Positions 8,740 to 19,100 of a stretch of 64,000 bases of DNA are shown here, piece after piece. The position numbers and the translations under genes are program-made. Numbering within the stretch: position 1 is the stretch's first letter; the number at the start of each line of letters is the position of its first letter. The notes under the pieces are model-generated. The model saw nothing but the letters and a program-made list of their open reading frames with translations, was not told where the DNA came from and did not search any database. The stretch lies in NCBI GenBank assembly GCA_964504445.1, contig CAZDEO010000003.1:21690-85689 (forward strand). The letters run 5' to 3'. Source of the DNA: an uncultured Anaerolinea sp. (lineage in GTDB: Bacteria; Chloroflexota; Anaerolineae; Promineifilales; Promineifilaceae).

Positions 8740-9465
8740 ATGAATCTGACCGAGCAACTGCCCATTACCCTTTATGCTGACCAGGAGCACAACAAGCTGC
8801 GTTTGGTGGTGTTGTTGGTCATGCCTGTGGCTGTGGGGCTGAGTTACTGGCTGGGGATTCGCCTGATTGAATTTGTAGGCGGCATTCTAGCGGAATATGC
8901 GGTGTTTTTGTCCTGTTTGTGGGCGCTGCCGGTAGGATTGGGGTTGGTGTATCTTTTTGAAGGCTGGCTGAAGCGAAGATGGCCCAGCGGCGACCAGGTG
9001 ATTCTTGCACAAGATGGGTTAATTGCCCAAACGTGCGATGGTGGGCAGATTAGCTTGAGGCCGGGGCCGGAAACGGCCGTCACCAACTGGTATTTTCGCC
9101 TGGATGGCTACCCCCGCGTGGGCAACGAACGCCGGGCAAACAAGCAATGGTACTGCCTGGCCAGCCAGCTTCAACAGGAAGAGGGACGCGTTGTAGTGTA
9201 TGCGTTTTTGTCACCACGGGAAACAGCCGTGTATACGGCGGATGATGCCCCTTTTGACTTTTATCTGATCAGGCCGGCAATTTTGTTTGACCGCAAGTTG
9301 GGTGGATCCCGCCTGGCTCCTCGACCTACATTGCCCCCGGACCTGCTGCGCGGCAAGGACGGCCGTTTCTGGCTGGCCGAAAGTCATCGCTGGACTGAGG
9401 GCTTAGAATTAACCGCAAAAGACTTTCAACTTTACATGGATTACATTCATACGATGACGAATTAG
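8740..9465 (+). CDS. Hypothetical membrane protein
   Basis: Two hydrophobic helices (LVVLLVMPVAVGLSYWLGI, FLSCLWALPVGLGLVYLF) precede a soluble C-terminal part. The start is uncertain: ATG at 8611 or 8740, and the track start 8587 overlaps priA. No family recognised. Confidence 0.5.
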   Translation: MNLTEQLPITLYADQEHNKLRLVVLLVMPVAVGLSYWLGIRLIEFVGGILAEYAVFLSCLWALPVGLGLVYLFEGWLKRRWPSGDQVILAQDGLIAQTCDGGQISLRPGPETAVTNWYFRLDGYPRVGNERRANKQWYCLASQLQQEEGRVVVYAFLSPRETAVYTADDAPFDFYLIRPAILFDRKLGGSRLAPRPTLPPDLLRGKDGRFWLAESHRWTEGLELTAKDFQLYMDYIHTMTN

Positions 9466-9508
9466 ACGAATTAAAACACTTTCCCAATCATAAAATGGAG
9501 GATTTCCC

Positions 9509-10672
9509 ATGTTTGACTTTATCACCGAAGAACACCGCGAAATACAGCAGTTAGCCCGCGAATTTGCCCAAAAATCCATCGCCCCCATTGCCGAACACTT
9601 CGACGAAACGGGCGACTTTCCCATCGACACCGTACGCCAGATGGGCGAAATGGGTTTTATGGGCATTGAAGTGCCTGAAGAATATGGCGGCGTGGGCATG
9701 GATACCCTGGCTTACGCCCTGGCCCTCACCGAAATTTGCAAAGTAGACGCTAGCCACGGCACCATCATGTCCGTCAACAACTCCCTCTTTTGCCACGGCA
9801 TCTTAAAATTTGGCACCGAAGCACAAAAGAGAAAATATGTCACCGACGTGGCGACGGGCAAAGCCATTGGCGCTTACAGCCTGACGGAGCCGATGAGCGG
9901 CAGCGACGCCGGCACCATGGCCAGCCGCGCCGTTCTCAACGAAGAGGGAACCCATTACGTCATCAACGGCACCAAGTCTTGGGTCACGTCGGCCCCCTAT
10001 GCTGACTACATTGTGCTGTTTACCATGACTGCGCCGGAGCAAAAACACAAAGGCGTGACTGCTTTTATCGTGGAGACGGACAAGCCAGGCTTTAAGCGGG
10101 GCAAAAAGGAGCCGAAGTTGGGCATTCGCGCCAGCGCCACCAGCGAGATTTTCTTTGAGGATTACCTTTGCCCGGTGGAAAATCGGTTGGGTGCTGAAGG
10201 CGAAGGCTTCAAAATTGCCATGACGGTGCTGGATGCGGGGCGCATCGGCATCGCTTCTCAGGCGTTGGGCATTGCCGAGGCATCTTTAGAAGCCAGCGTG
10301 AAATATGCCCAAGAGCGCGAAGCCTTTGGGCAAAAAATCGGCCAGTTCCAGATGATTCAGCAAAAATTGGCGGATATGAAGTGCCGGGTAGATGCCAGTC
10401 GCTTGCTGATTTATCAGGCTTGTCTGGCGAAACAACAGGCTGCGCAGAATGGCGGACGCTACTCTTTGGAGGCCAGCATGGCCAAGCTGTTTGCAAGCGA
10501 AACGGCCAACTTCTGCGCCAAAGAGGCGATCCAGATTCACGGCGGCATGGGGTACAGCAAAGAGATGCCGATTGAGCGATATTTTCGGGATGCCAAGATT
10601 ACGGAAATTTACGAAGGCACCAGTGAAATTCAGCGCATGGTCATTGCGCGGAGCCTGACGGGCTTGCGGTAA
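9509..10672 (+). CDS. Acyl-CoA dehydrogenase (short/medium-chain type)
   Basis: 387 aa. Typical ACAD sequence throughout (YSLTEPMSGSDAG..., QIHGGMGYSKEMPIERYFRDAKITEIYEGTSEIQ). GGAGG RBS. Confidence 0.9.
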   Translation: MFDFITEEHREIQQLAREFAQKSIAPIAEHFDETGDFPIDTVRQMGEMGFMGIEVPEEYGGVGMDTLAYALALTEICKVDASHGTIMSVNNSLFCHGILKFGTEAQKRKYVTDVATGKAIGAYSLTEPMSGSDAGTMASRAVLNEEGTHYVINGTKSWVTSAPYADYIVLFTMTAPEQKHKGVTAFIVETDKPGFKRGKKEPKLGIRASATSEIFFEDYLCPVENRLGAEGEGFKIAMTVLDAGRIGIASQALGIAEASLEASVKYAQEREAFGQKIGQFQMIQQKLADMKCRVDASRLLIYQACLAKQQAAQNGGRYSLEASMAKLFASETANFCAKEAIQIHGGMGYSKEMPIERYFRDAKITEIYEGTSEIQRMVIARSLTGLR

Positions 10673-10705
10673 TTGGAGATTTGAGATTGATAATTGGAGA
10701 CTGAG
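10671..10705. repeat. Heptamer-phased direct repeat block (TTGGAGA family, 5 units)
   Basis: The units aattgga gatttga gattgat aattgga gactgag start at the stop codon of the acyl-CoA dehydrogenase gene and abut its terminator. Confidence 0.7.
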
Positions 10706-10738
10706 ACCCTCAGGGCTAATGTCCTGAGGGTTTTTTTG
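10706..10738 (+). terminator. Rho-independent terminator of the acyl-CoA dehydrogenase gene
   Basis: Stem ccctcagg (10707-10714) pairs with cctgaggg (10723-10730), followed by T7 (10731-10737). Confidence 0.8.
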
Positions 10739-10739
10739 C

Positions 10740-11006
10740 TTAAATGAGCATGCCGATGATGAGGCGGCGCAGGATGTCCAGGCCGAAGAGGACGATGATG
10801 GGGCTGATGTCCAGGCCGCCCATGGGGGGAATCAGGCGGCGGACAGGTTCCATGATGGGGTCGGTAACCTGAATGATGAAGCGGATGATGGGTCCCCAGG
10901 TGGGGTGGTAAGGGTTGGGGCGTATCCAGGACATGATGACACGGGCAAGAATGAGAAAGGAGAGGATTTGAAAGAGTAGGTTGAGGGTGCTTACCAGGGG
11001 GGACAT
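10740..11006 (-). CDS. yggT: YggT-family membrane protein
   Basis: 88 aa, two TM helices. The motif ARVIMSWIRPNPYHP...IIQVTDPIMEPVRRLIPPMGGLDISPI is typical of YGGT repeats. It lies downstream of yggS, as in many division-cluster arrangements. Confidence 0.8.
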   Translation of the reverse strand: MSPLVSTLNLLFQILSFLILARVIMSWIRPNPYHPTWGPIIRFIIQVTDPIMEPVRRLIPPMGGLDISPIIVLFGLDILRRLIIGMLI

Positions 11007-11081
11007 GGGTTTTGGGTTTCCTTTTTGTGGTTGGTTTGGTAGTTGGTTGGTTTTCTGTTTTTGTTTCCTGTTTTTTAGTTA

Positions 11082-11801
11082 TCAGGTTCGTTCGCCAAAG
11101 ATAGCGCGGCCAACGCGGATGTGGGTGGCGCCTTCTTCTATTGCCAGTTCAAAGTCGTCGGTCATGCCCATGGAGAGGTGGGGCAAGGAGAGGTGGGGCA
11201 CGGCCGTTTCCAGCCAGCAGGCCAGCTCTCGCGTGCGCCGAAAGACGGTGCGAATCTCCTCTTGCGGCGCGTCCCAGGGGGCCATGGTCATTAACCCCAC
11301 AAGTCGTATATGAGGCAGCGCAGCCACCGACTCGACCACTGTGCGCAGCTTCTCTTGCTGCGTTGCATCGTTTTCCCAGCGCGTGGCGGCAAAGCCGGAT
11401 TTGCTCTCTTCGCCGGAGGTATTAACTTCCAGGAAAACGGGCAGCGGGTTGGCTGCTTCCGGGCGCTGCTGGCTGAGGCGGTTGGCGATTTTCAGGCGGT
11501 CTAGGGCGTGAAACAGGTCGGCGTGTTCGGCAGCGACGGCCGTTTTGCGGCTTTGTAATGTGCCAATGAGGTGCCAGGTGATGTCGGCAGGGGAGATTGA
11601 CGGCCGTTTCTCAGCCAGTTCCTCCACCCGATTTTCGCCAAAGTGGCGCATGCCCACCTCGTAAGCGGCCATAATCGTTTCGACCGGCCAGGTTTTGGTC
11701 ACCGCCACCAGAGTTATGTCCGCCGGGTTGCGCCCGGCGCGCTGCGCGGCTTGCACGATGCGTTCTCGTACGTCAACATACCGTTCAACAAGACTATCCA
11801 T
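11082..11801 (-). CDS. yggS: YggS-family pyridoxal-phosphate homeostasis protein
   Basis: 239 aa. VAVTKT (PLP lysine), FGENRVEE and MGMTDDFELAIEEGATHIRVGRAIFG are characteristic. Confidence 0.85.
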   Translation of the reverse strand: MDSLVERYVDVRERIVQAAQRAGRNPADITLVAVTKTWPVETIMAAYEVGMRHFGENRVEELAEKRPSISPADITWHLIGTLQSRKTAVAAEHADLFHALDRLKIANRLSQQRPEAANPLPVFLEVNTSGEESKSGFAATRWENDATQQEKLRTVVESVAALPHIRLVGLMTMAPWDAPQEEIRTVFRRTRELACWLETAVPHLSLPHLSMGMTDDFELAIEEGATHIRVGRAIFGERT

Positions 11802-11877
11802 ACAGTAATTATATGGGCCATGTGTTCAGGTGTCAGGTGTTTGCATGGTCTGCTCAGGGGACGCTAAACGAGGAGGA

Positions 11878-11947
11878 AGTTACGAGTTACAAGTTGCAAG
11901 TTACAGGTTACAAGTTACAAATTTCATGTAACCTGTAACCTGTAACC
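11878..11947. repeat. Heptamer-phased repeat block (GTTACAR family): 6 direct units, a spacer unit, 3 inverted units
   Basis: The units are agttacg agttaca agttgca agttaca ggttaca agttaca aatttca tgtaacc tgtaacc tgtaacc. This is the same unit family as 4063-4124. The inverted part can fold as a hairpin. Confidence 0.85.
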
Positions 11948-11951
11948 TGCT

Positions 11952-13307
11952 CTATTCCCCATACCCAATCTCAAAAATGATACCTGTGGAGTAGTCGGCG
12001 ACGTAGAGACGGCCATTGGGGCCGGTAGTCACGTCAATGGGTGAGGCAAAGCCGGTGGCAAAGGTGCTGGCCTGGCCGTCAGGCGTCACCCGCACAATGC
12101 GTTCGGCAAAGGGCAGCGCTGTCCAGAGGGTGAGGAAGAGACTGTTGTAGTAGCCGGGGAACTGCTCCGCCAGGTAGGCGGTGATGCCGGTGGGCACGCT
12201 GTGGGGAGGGAATTCCACCAGGGGCGGCACAACAGAGACATTTTCGGGAATGCCAAAGCACCAGTCACATTCATAGTAGGGATAGCCATGCTCGCCACCG
12301 GGCACGACGGCGTGCAGTTCTTCGGGCACAATTTCACCGCTGTTAGACACTTCATCACGGCCGTTATCCGTGGCGTACAGCAGCCCATCTCCGCCCCAGG
12401 CAATATCATAGGGATTACGCAGCCCTCGCGCGTACACCTCTACCTCTGTGCCGTCAGGGCTAAAGCGCAAAATAGCCGCTTCAAACGGGTGCAACTCATC
12501 TTGTGTGTTGGTGCCATCCAAAATTTCGCCATGGTCGGCGCGGCCGCCTACGCCCACGTAGCCATAGCCATCAGGCCCAAAGGCGATGCCGTTGGGGGCG
12601 TGCATGCCCAGGTAACAGCAGGGCAGCCCACCAAAAAGCTGCACCGCCTGGCCATTTTCAATGACCAGCACCTGCCCTTCGCCGCCGACGTGCCGGTCCA
12701 GCACGCGGCTGGAAACAAAGAGACGGTCTGTGCCTGGCTGGAAGGCCAGGCCGGTGGGCACAATTAGCCCGTCAAAAAAGAGTTCTTTATTGCCGTTGGC
12801 ATCCACGGTGTAGATGCTGCCCTGGCGAAAAGCCACGTACAGCTTGCCATCGGGGCCAAAGGTGAGGCTGGTGGGCTGCAAGCTGGGCCAGTCTGGTTCC
12901 ACGGCGTTGTTGGGGAATTGAGCCAGGTAACGGACTGTGAAGCCCGCTGGCGCCTGAATGCGGTTTTCCCAGGCGGTCACGTCGTCAAAGCAGGGGAAGC
13001 GATCGCTGCATGGGCTTTCTACGTACGCTGGCTGCTCTACGCCGGGGGCGTGGGGGCCAGCGGTGGGGGTGGCAGTGGGCAGGGGTGTTGCTGTGGGAAC
13101 GGGGGTGGCCGTGGCGTCGGGTTCAGGGGTGTTCGGAGGCAGCGGGGTGTTGGTGGGCGGCGCGGGCGTCCGCGATGGGAAGGGGGTAGCGGTGGGCGGC
13201 TTGGGGGTGCGCGTGGCGGTGGGGGGCAGGCTTGCGGTTTCTGTGCCACCGCAGCCTGCTAAAAATAAAATGAAGAAAATTATCAACGTGAAGTTTTTGC
13301 GTGTCAT
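11952..13307 (-). CDS. Lipoprotein with Pro/Thr-rich linker and glucose/sorbosone-dehydrogenase-like beta-propeller
   Basis: 451 aa. Lipobox FLAGC, a PT-rich linker of about 70 aa, then propeller motifs (FGPDGKLYVA, NGIAFGPDGYGYV, RNPYDIAWGGDGLLYATDNG, GPNGRLYVADY). Confidence 0.7.
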   Translation of the reverse strand: MTRKNFTLIIFFILFLAGCGGTETASLPPTATRTPKPPTATPFPSRTPAPPTNTPLPPNTPEPDATATPVPTATPLPTATPTAGPHAPGVEQPAYVESPCSDRFPCFDDVTAWENRIQAPAGFTVRYLAQFPNNAVEPDWPSLQPTSLTFGPDGKLYVAFRQGSIYTVDANGNKELFFDGLIVPTGLAFQPGTDRLFVSSRVLDRHVGGEGQVLVIENGQAVQLFGGLPCCYLGMHAPNGIAFGPDGYGYVGVGGRADHGEILDGTNTQDELHPFEAAILRFSPDGTEVEVYARGLRNPYDIAWGGDGLLYATDNGRDEVSNSGEIVPEELHAVVPGGEHGYPYYECDWCFGIPENVSVVPPLVEFPPHSVPTGITAYLAEQFPGYYNSLFLTLWTALPFAERIVRVTPDGQASTFATGFASPIDVTTGPNGRLYVADYSTGIIFEIGYGE

Positions 13308-13382
13308 GATGCTCCCGAATTTGGGGGGTTCAGTTAGTCAAAATCTGTAAGCCGTATTTCGCAAGCCGATTCCGGAATACGG

Positions 13383-13841
13383 TTAACGGTTTACGGAAGA
13401 CGCCCCTTTTTCTAGCAGCAGCGTCACCGGACCGTCGTTGTGAATGTGGACGGCCATGTGCGCGCCAAAAATGCCGGTGGAGACGGGCAATCCTTGCGCC
13501 CGAAGCTGCTCGCAAAAGTAATCTACCAGGGGTTCGGCTATTTCTGGCGGCGCGGCGTGGGTGAAGGACGGCCGTTTCCCTTTGCGCGCATCCCCATACA
13601 GCGTAAATTGAGACACCACCAGCACGCTGCCGCCTACGTCCAGCAGAGAAAGGTTCATTTTTCCGGCTTCGTCCTCAAAGACCCGCAGCCCGGCTACTTT
13701 GTTGGCCAGCCAGTCCGCTTCAGCCGGGGTGTCTGTGTGGGTGATGCCCAGCAGCACTACAAAGCCACGGCCAATTTCGCCTATGGTACGGCCGTCTACT
13801 GCCACGCTACCTGCGCTTACCCGCTGAATTAATGCTTTCAT
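13383..13841 (-). CDS. dtd: D-aminoacyl-tRNA deacylase
   Basis: [17 protein letters not shown]...GFVVLLGI...[17 protein letters not shown]...[11 protein letters not shown]. The track start 13889 lies inside the upstream hairpin repeat, so ATG 13841 is preferred. Confidence 0.9.
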   Translation of the reverse strand: MKALIQRVSAGSVAVDGRTIGEIGRGFVVLLGITHTDTPAEADWLANKVAGLRVFEDEAGKMNLSLLDVGGSVLVVSQFTLYGDARKGKRPSFTHAAPPEIAEPLVDYFCEQLRAQGLPVSTGIFGAHMAVHIHNDGPVTLLLEKGASSVNR

Positions 13842-13849
13842 CAATGTGG

Positions 13850-13898
13850 AATGGTGAATGCTGAATGATGAACGGAGGGTATTCATCATTCAGCATTC
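13850..13898. repeat. Heptamer-phased hairpin (GAATGNT family)
   Basis: gaatggt gaatgct gaatgat gaacgga. The arm gaatgctgaatgatgaa (13856-13872) is perfectly complementary over 17 bp to ttcatcattcagcattc (13882-13898), with a 9-nt loop. Confidence 0.85.
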
Positions 13899-13910
13899 CT
13901 AATTTATGTT

Positions 13911-14978
13911 TTAAAGAATGCCCACCTGGCTGTTGTCCGCCAGAGTCAGCTTCAGCGCCTTGGGCTTGATGGGCGACTTGTTGATACACACATTCTTGCC
14001 AATGAGGCTGTCCTGAATACGGGTCTCAATGTCGCGAATTTCGCTGTATTCCAGCACCATGGAATGCTCAATTTCGCTGTTTTCCACGGTAACGTTGTGG
14101 TAAATGCTGGTGAAGGGGCCGACGTAACTGTTGATGATGCGCGCATTTTCGCCAATGATGGCGGGGCCGCGTACCACGCTGTTGACGATTTCCGCGCCGC
14201 GCTCCACGCGCACGCGGCGGCCTACGGTGCTGTCCCGGTCAACGTAGCCTTCTATCAGGTAGTCGATTTCTTCCAGCACCAGGTCGTTGGCTTCCAGCAT
14301 GTCCCCCGGCGCGCCGGTGTCAATCCACCAGCCGCGGTGAATGTAGGGGTGAACGGTATATCCTTTTTCCACCAGCCACTGGATGGCGTCAGTAATTTCT
14401 AGCTCGCCACGCCAGGAAGGTTTGATGGCGTTGACGGCTTTAAAGACGTGTTGGTCGAACATGTAAATACCCACCAGGGCCAGGTTGCTGGGTGGGTTTT
14501 TGGGCTTTTCAACCAGGCGAATAATACGGCCGTCATCCCCCAATTCCGCCACGCCATACTGTTCCGGATGTTCAATGCGCGTCAGCACAATCTGGCTGTT
14601 CCACTTGCTGTCAGCGAATTGAGCAATCAGCGGACTGATGCCGCCCTGGATAACGTTATCGCCCAGGAACATCACAAAACGGTCGTCGCCCAAAAAATCC
14701 TGAGAAATTTTAACGGCGTGGGCCAGACCCAGGGGGGCATCCTGGGGAATATAGGTGATGTTGACGCCCCAACGGCCGCCGCTGCCCACAGCCTCCTTAA
14801 TCTGGTCGCCGGTGCTACCAATGACGATGCCGATTTCGGTGATGCCTGCGTCGCGAATGGTTTCGATGACGCGCACGAGCACTGGTTTGTTGGCCACCGG
14901 GATAAGCTGCTTGGCGCTGGTGTAGGTGAGGGGGTAGAGGCGGGACCCTTTGCCGCCACTAAGAATGAGTCCTTTCAT
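13911..14978 (-). CDS. Sugar-1-phosphate nucleotidyltransferase, long RmlA-like form with C-terminal left-handed beta-helix
   Basis: MKGLILSGGKGSRLYPLTYTSAKQLIPVANKPVL... followed by hexapeptide-repeat-like C-terminal sequence. ATG 14978 is preferred over the track start 14996. Confidence 0.8.
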   Translation of the reverse strand: MKGLILSGGKGSRLYPLTYTSAKQLIPVANKPVLVRVIETIRDAGITEIGIVIGSTGDQIKEAVGSGGRWGVNITYIPQDAPLGLAHAVKISQDFLGDDRFVMFLGDNVIQGGISPLIAQFADSKWNSQIVLTRIEHPEQYGVAELGDDGRIIRLVEKPKNPPSNLALVGIYMFDQHVFKAVNAIKPSWRGELEITDAIQWLVEKGYTVHPYIHRGWWIDTGAPGDMLEANDLVLEEIDYLIEGYVDRDSTVGRRVRVERGAEIVNSVVRGPAIIGENARIINSYVGPFTSIYHNVTVENSEIEHSMVLEYSEIRDIETRIQDSLIGKNVCINKSPIKPKALKLTLADNSQVGIL

Positions 14979-15199
14979 GTCTGCTCCTTTTTTCAATGAG
15001 CAGAGAACAGTTTGCAGGTGTAAACCCTTACTTATGGTTCCTTGCTCATGGCCATTGGTAATTGAGGTTGAATTTTAGGGGATGATGGGGAATTAGCAAG
15101 AGTGGGACACGGCCGTTTTCATCTTTACTTGCCTATGGCTACCATGCATCCTAGGCAAATCTGCTGAATTTGCTTGTAAGTACAAGAACAGTCTTTTCC

Positions 15200-16015
15200 T
15201 TAGCGCCGTTCCATATACCCATACAGCCCCGCCACCACCAGCAGCAGTGCCGTCAGGCCACCTACGAAGACCCAGGTGGCTGGTTTCGCCGTATCAAACT
15301 CCGTCCAGGCGCGGGCTGCCCCCACCAGGATTAGGACAATGCCGAAAATCTGGCTTTGCAGCGTAATGCGCGCCGCGCTCCAGCGCGCATCGGCGGCCAC
15401 GCCCAGGGCGACCACCCCGGGCAGGGCAAACCAGCCGGCCACCACGCGGGTTGTCAGCGGCGTAAGCTGCCAGGGCCAGATGGGAATGTAGACAGCCGGC
15501 CAGAACAGCATCAGAAAGGCATTGCCCAGGTTGATCAAGCCAATCAGCGCCATGACGCCGCGCACCGCCGTCGAAAGCCGTTTTTCTGGTGTATCAGATA
15601 CGCCAGGGTCAGTTTTGTGGTTCAGCCACCAGAGCGCGGGGATGAGAAAAGGGGTGACGGCATACAAAATGAGCCAGGCAATAAAGGCAGGGTGGCTGTG
15701 GTTAAAGCGGTCATAATGCAGAATGGTGGCCACGGCCATGAACCAGACAAAGGCGGAAACAGCCGGCAGCCCCAGGGCCACGTGATGCCAGCGCCTAGCC
15801 GTGGCTGCACGCAAGAAGAAGTATGCCCCGGCCAGATACCCCGCGCCCATCATCATCGGGGTCATGGTGGGGTTGATGGTCCAGGCGAAGTAGTCGGTAG
15901 TGCGGTGGGGTAGGCCGTAGAGGATGATAAAGGCCAGGGTGAGAACGGGCACAATGATGATGGCGACCCAGCGGGTTGCGGGTAGGACACTATCGTCTCG
16001 GTTGCGATGATTCAC
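15200..16015 (-). CDS. Hypothetical polytopic membrane protein
   Basis: 271 aa with about 8 hydrophobic segments and aromatic-rich loops. No family recognised. Confidence 0.55.
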   Translation of the reverse strand: MNHRNRDDSVLPATRWVAIIIVPVLTLAFIILYGLPHRTTDYFAWTINPTMTPMMMGAGYLAGAYFFLRAATARRWHHVALGLPAVSAFVWFMAVATILHYDRFNHSHPAFIAWLILYAVTPFLIPALWWLNHKTDPGVSDTPEKRLSTAVRGVMALIGLINLGNAFLMLFWPAVYIPIWPWQLTPLTTRVVAGWFALPGVVALGVAADARWSAARITLQSQIFGIVLILVGAARAWTEFDTAKPATWVFVGGLTALLLVVAGLYGYMERR

Positions 16016-16173
16016 CAGTGACTCTCCTTACTTTTCTGAAAAAACAGTTTCTACATGCATCCCACGGAATTGTAACGGGAACGGCCGTCTTGCCAAGCGG
16101 CCTGCCTGACGAATTTGGGGGTGGGAAATGGCCGTAGAATCTCCAGACTCTACGGCCGCTTCCATTCAACCAT

Positions 16174-19100
16174 CTACGGCCGTACCACCACCGGCAAATA
16201 CACCACCCACTTACTCTGCGCCACGGCCGTAACCGCTGCCACCCCCACAACCGCCCCCCGTCCTTCACTGACCACCACTGAACCGATCTCCGCCGTCAAC
16301 CCCGCAGGCAAAACGGCCGTTACCCCATACGTCCCCAGTGCCACCCCATAGAAAGCAAAACGGCCGTTCCCATCCGTCACCCCCGTTTGCCCCGCCACCG
16401 TCACCGGAACGCCCGCCAACGGCGTCTCCCACGGCTGGCGCAGGCCATCGCGGTTGCCGTCCAGCCAGGCCGCGCCGTGCACCTGGCCCGCCCCAACTGC
16501 AGCCAGCGCCGCGCCGATGCCCGCATCGGCGGCCAGGGTGATGGCCTGCCCTTGCACGGCCTGCGTGGTCGCCGCCAGGGTGTAGCTGCCGGCCGGCGTC
16601 CCCAAGAAGAGGCCCAGGCCGCCCATGCCCGCGGCCAGTTGCGTCCCTGCGCCGCTGCTGAGGGTCAGGGTCACGGGCAGGGCGACGCGCGGCTCATCCG
16701 GCTGCTGGCGGCCGTCGCCGTCCCAGTCGAAGTACACCACGCCGCTGACCTGGCCGGCCAGTTGCAGGGGAAGCTGGAGCACGCCGCCCTGCGCCAGGGT
16801 GACGGCGCGGGCAGGGATGGCGGCAAAGCCGGCCGGCGGCGCGGCTGTGGCCGTGTAGCTGCCGTCGGGCAAGCCGGCGAACTGGACGCGGCCGTTGGGT
16901 GACGTGACGCCGTAGGCCGGCGCTGGCCCGCTGAGCGCCACGCTGACTCCGCCCACGCCTGCCTCGCCTGCGTCCTGCTCGCCGTCACCGTCCAAGTCCA
17001 CGAACGCCTGCACCAGGGTCAACCCGGCCGGGCGCAGCGGAATGGCGGGCAGCGCCACGTCCGCACCCTGCACGGCGATCTGGCGCGTCGCCGGCCCGTT
17101 GACCAGATAGCCGGCCGGCGGCGTGACGGTCAGCGTGTGCAGCCCATCAGCCAGCGTCAGCGGTTCGCCCCAGCCCGTCTGCCCGGAGACGCCGCTGCCA
17201 CCGCCGCCCGCCAGCGTCACGCCCGCCAGCCCCGGCTCGTCGGCGTCGCGGTAGCCATTGCCGTTGTGGTCGCGGAAGGCGGACCAGGCGACCTGCACTG
17301 CGTCGCTGGCTCTGGCTTGCAAAACGACGGGCGTGAGGGTGACGTTGATGTATCTTCCATATCCCCCATTGATCAGGAAGCAGTCTGCTACGAAGGAGGA
17401 TGTACACCATCCCCAGTGGTAGGCCGAGGAATTGTTAAAGCCAGGTACATCTACCACTTTGAAGCAGCCGCCCGCGCCCTGATCCCCGTAGCCGCCGTCC
17501 AGGCCAGTGTATTGGTCATATTGGATGATGGGATTGGCGACATTGCAGGAACCGTTCACTGGCTGGTAATGAACGACGCGCGCGCCAGCGATGGGCACAA
17601 AAGCCTCGCCCTGCTGGTAGCGCACGATGCCGCCCACGTACTGGTTGCCCGCCGATGGTGGGGCCGCCACCCCGATGCCAAGCTGCACCGTCGTCGGATT
17701 TGCGCCGACGGTGAAGACGCCGGGCGAACTGGTGAGGAACGCGCCGGACGGCAGGCCGACCAGTTGCAGCGCATAGGGCGTGTTGGCATTCAGCCCCTCG
17801 AAGCGGAAGTAGCCGGCGCCATCCGGGGCGGCGACGGCCACTTGCAGCCCGCCCGCGCCCACCAGGCGCACGCTGTATTGGCTGACGCTCGGCTCGTTGC
17901 CATCCCACTGGCCGTTGCCGTTGCTGTCGCTGTAGACCACGCCCACCACGTGGCCGGTGGGAACCAGGTTCAAGTTGTTGTTGCTCGGGGTCTGCCCGCT
18001 CTGGTAGGTGATCAGCGGCTCGCTGCCGGCTACGTAGCCGGGCGGCGGCGCGGGTAGGCGCAGGCGATAGGTCGCCGGCGCCAGGTTGCTGAAGCTGAAG
18101 CTGCCGTTGGCGCTGCTGGTCGTCTCCACGGTGACATTGCTGGCAACGTCTTGCAGTTGCACCGTCAGCCCGGCGGCCAGTGAGCCGCCTCCCAGGCTGA
18201 AGGAGTTCGGGTTGGGCGGCCAGACCTTGCCGCTGACGTTGCCGGCGTCGCGCAGGGGGACGAGCAGTGTCTGCGGCGCGTTGTTGGCGACGATCGGCCC
18301 GATGGGCAGCGACCACAGCGACGCATAGCCGGCCGGCGGCGTGAACTGCACCGGGTAGATGCCGCCCGGCAGGTAGAAGGTCGCCCCGCTGCTGCTGAGG
18401 CTTTTCGTAACCCCGTTGACGGTCGCGCTGCCACCGCTCACATACGCTTCGCCTGCTTCGCGGCTGCCGTTACCGTTGCCGTCCAGGAAGGCGCGCACCA
18501 GCAGGGTGTTGGCCGGCTGCACGGCCAGCGCCACCGGCGCGCCGCCGTTGCGCGGCGCGTTGACGCCGGACGGGCTGGCCGGCAGCAGATCGGCTGGCAG
18601 CCCGGCGGTGATCTGGGCGCAGACGGGGAAGAAGCCGCTGGGCGGCGGGTTGAAGACGGCCACGCCGCCGCTGTCGGTGGCAGCCGTCTGCAGCTCGGCC
18701 CCGCTGCCGCCGCAGGCCACATTGCGCAGACGCACGACCACGTTCGCCAGCCGCTGCTCGCCGGCGTCGGCCACGCCATTGTGGTTGCCATCAATGAAGA
18801 CCAGCACGCGCGGACGGCCGTCGCTCGGCGGCACAGGAAAATCGACCAGCGGCACGCCGCCATTGAGCGGCACGGAGACCTCGCGCACCCAGCTTTGCCC
18901 GGCGTGGGTCAGCGTCACGCGGTATTCGCCGCTGTTGATGGGCGATTGGCTGTACCAGCCATTGGAGCCGGTGGTGGGATTGGCGACCGCCTGGCCGCCA
19001 GGCGTGGCGATGACAATGGCCGCGCCCGCGATGGGATCATCCCACGCCTCGTCGAACACGTTGTTGCCGTTGTTGTCGAAGAAGACGCGGCCGCTGACGG

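Noticed and set aside
16130-16157. The hairpin GGCCGTAGA-10 nt-TCTACGGCC downstream of the giant gene as its terminator.
   Set aside because: The 9-bp stem is real, but no U-tract follows on the - strand, so I cannot support it as an intrinsic terminator.
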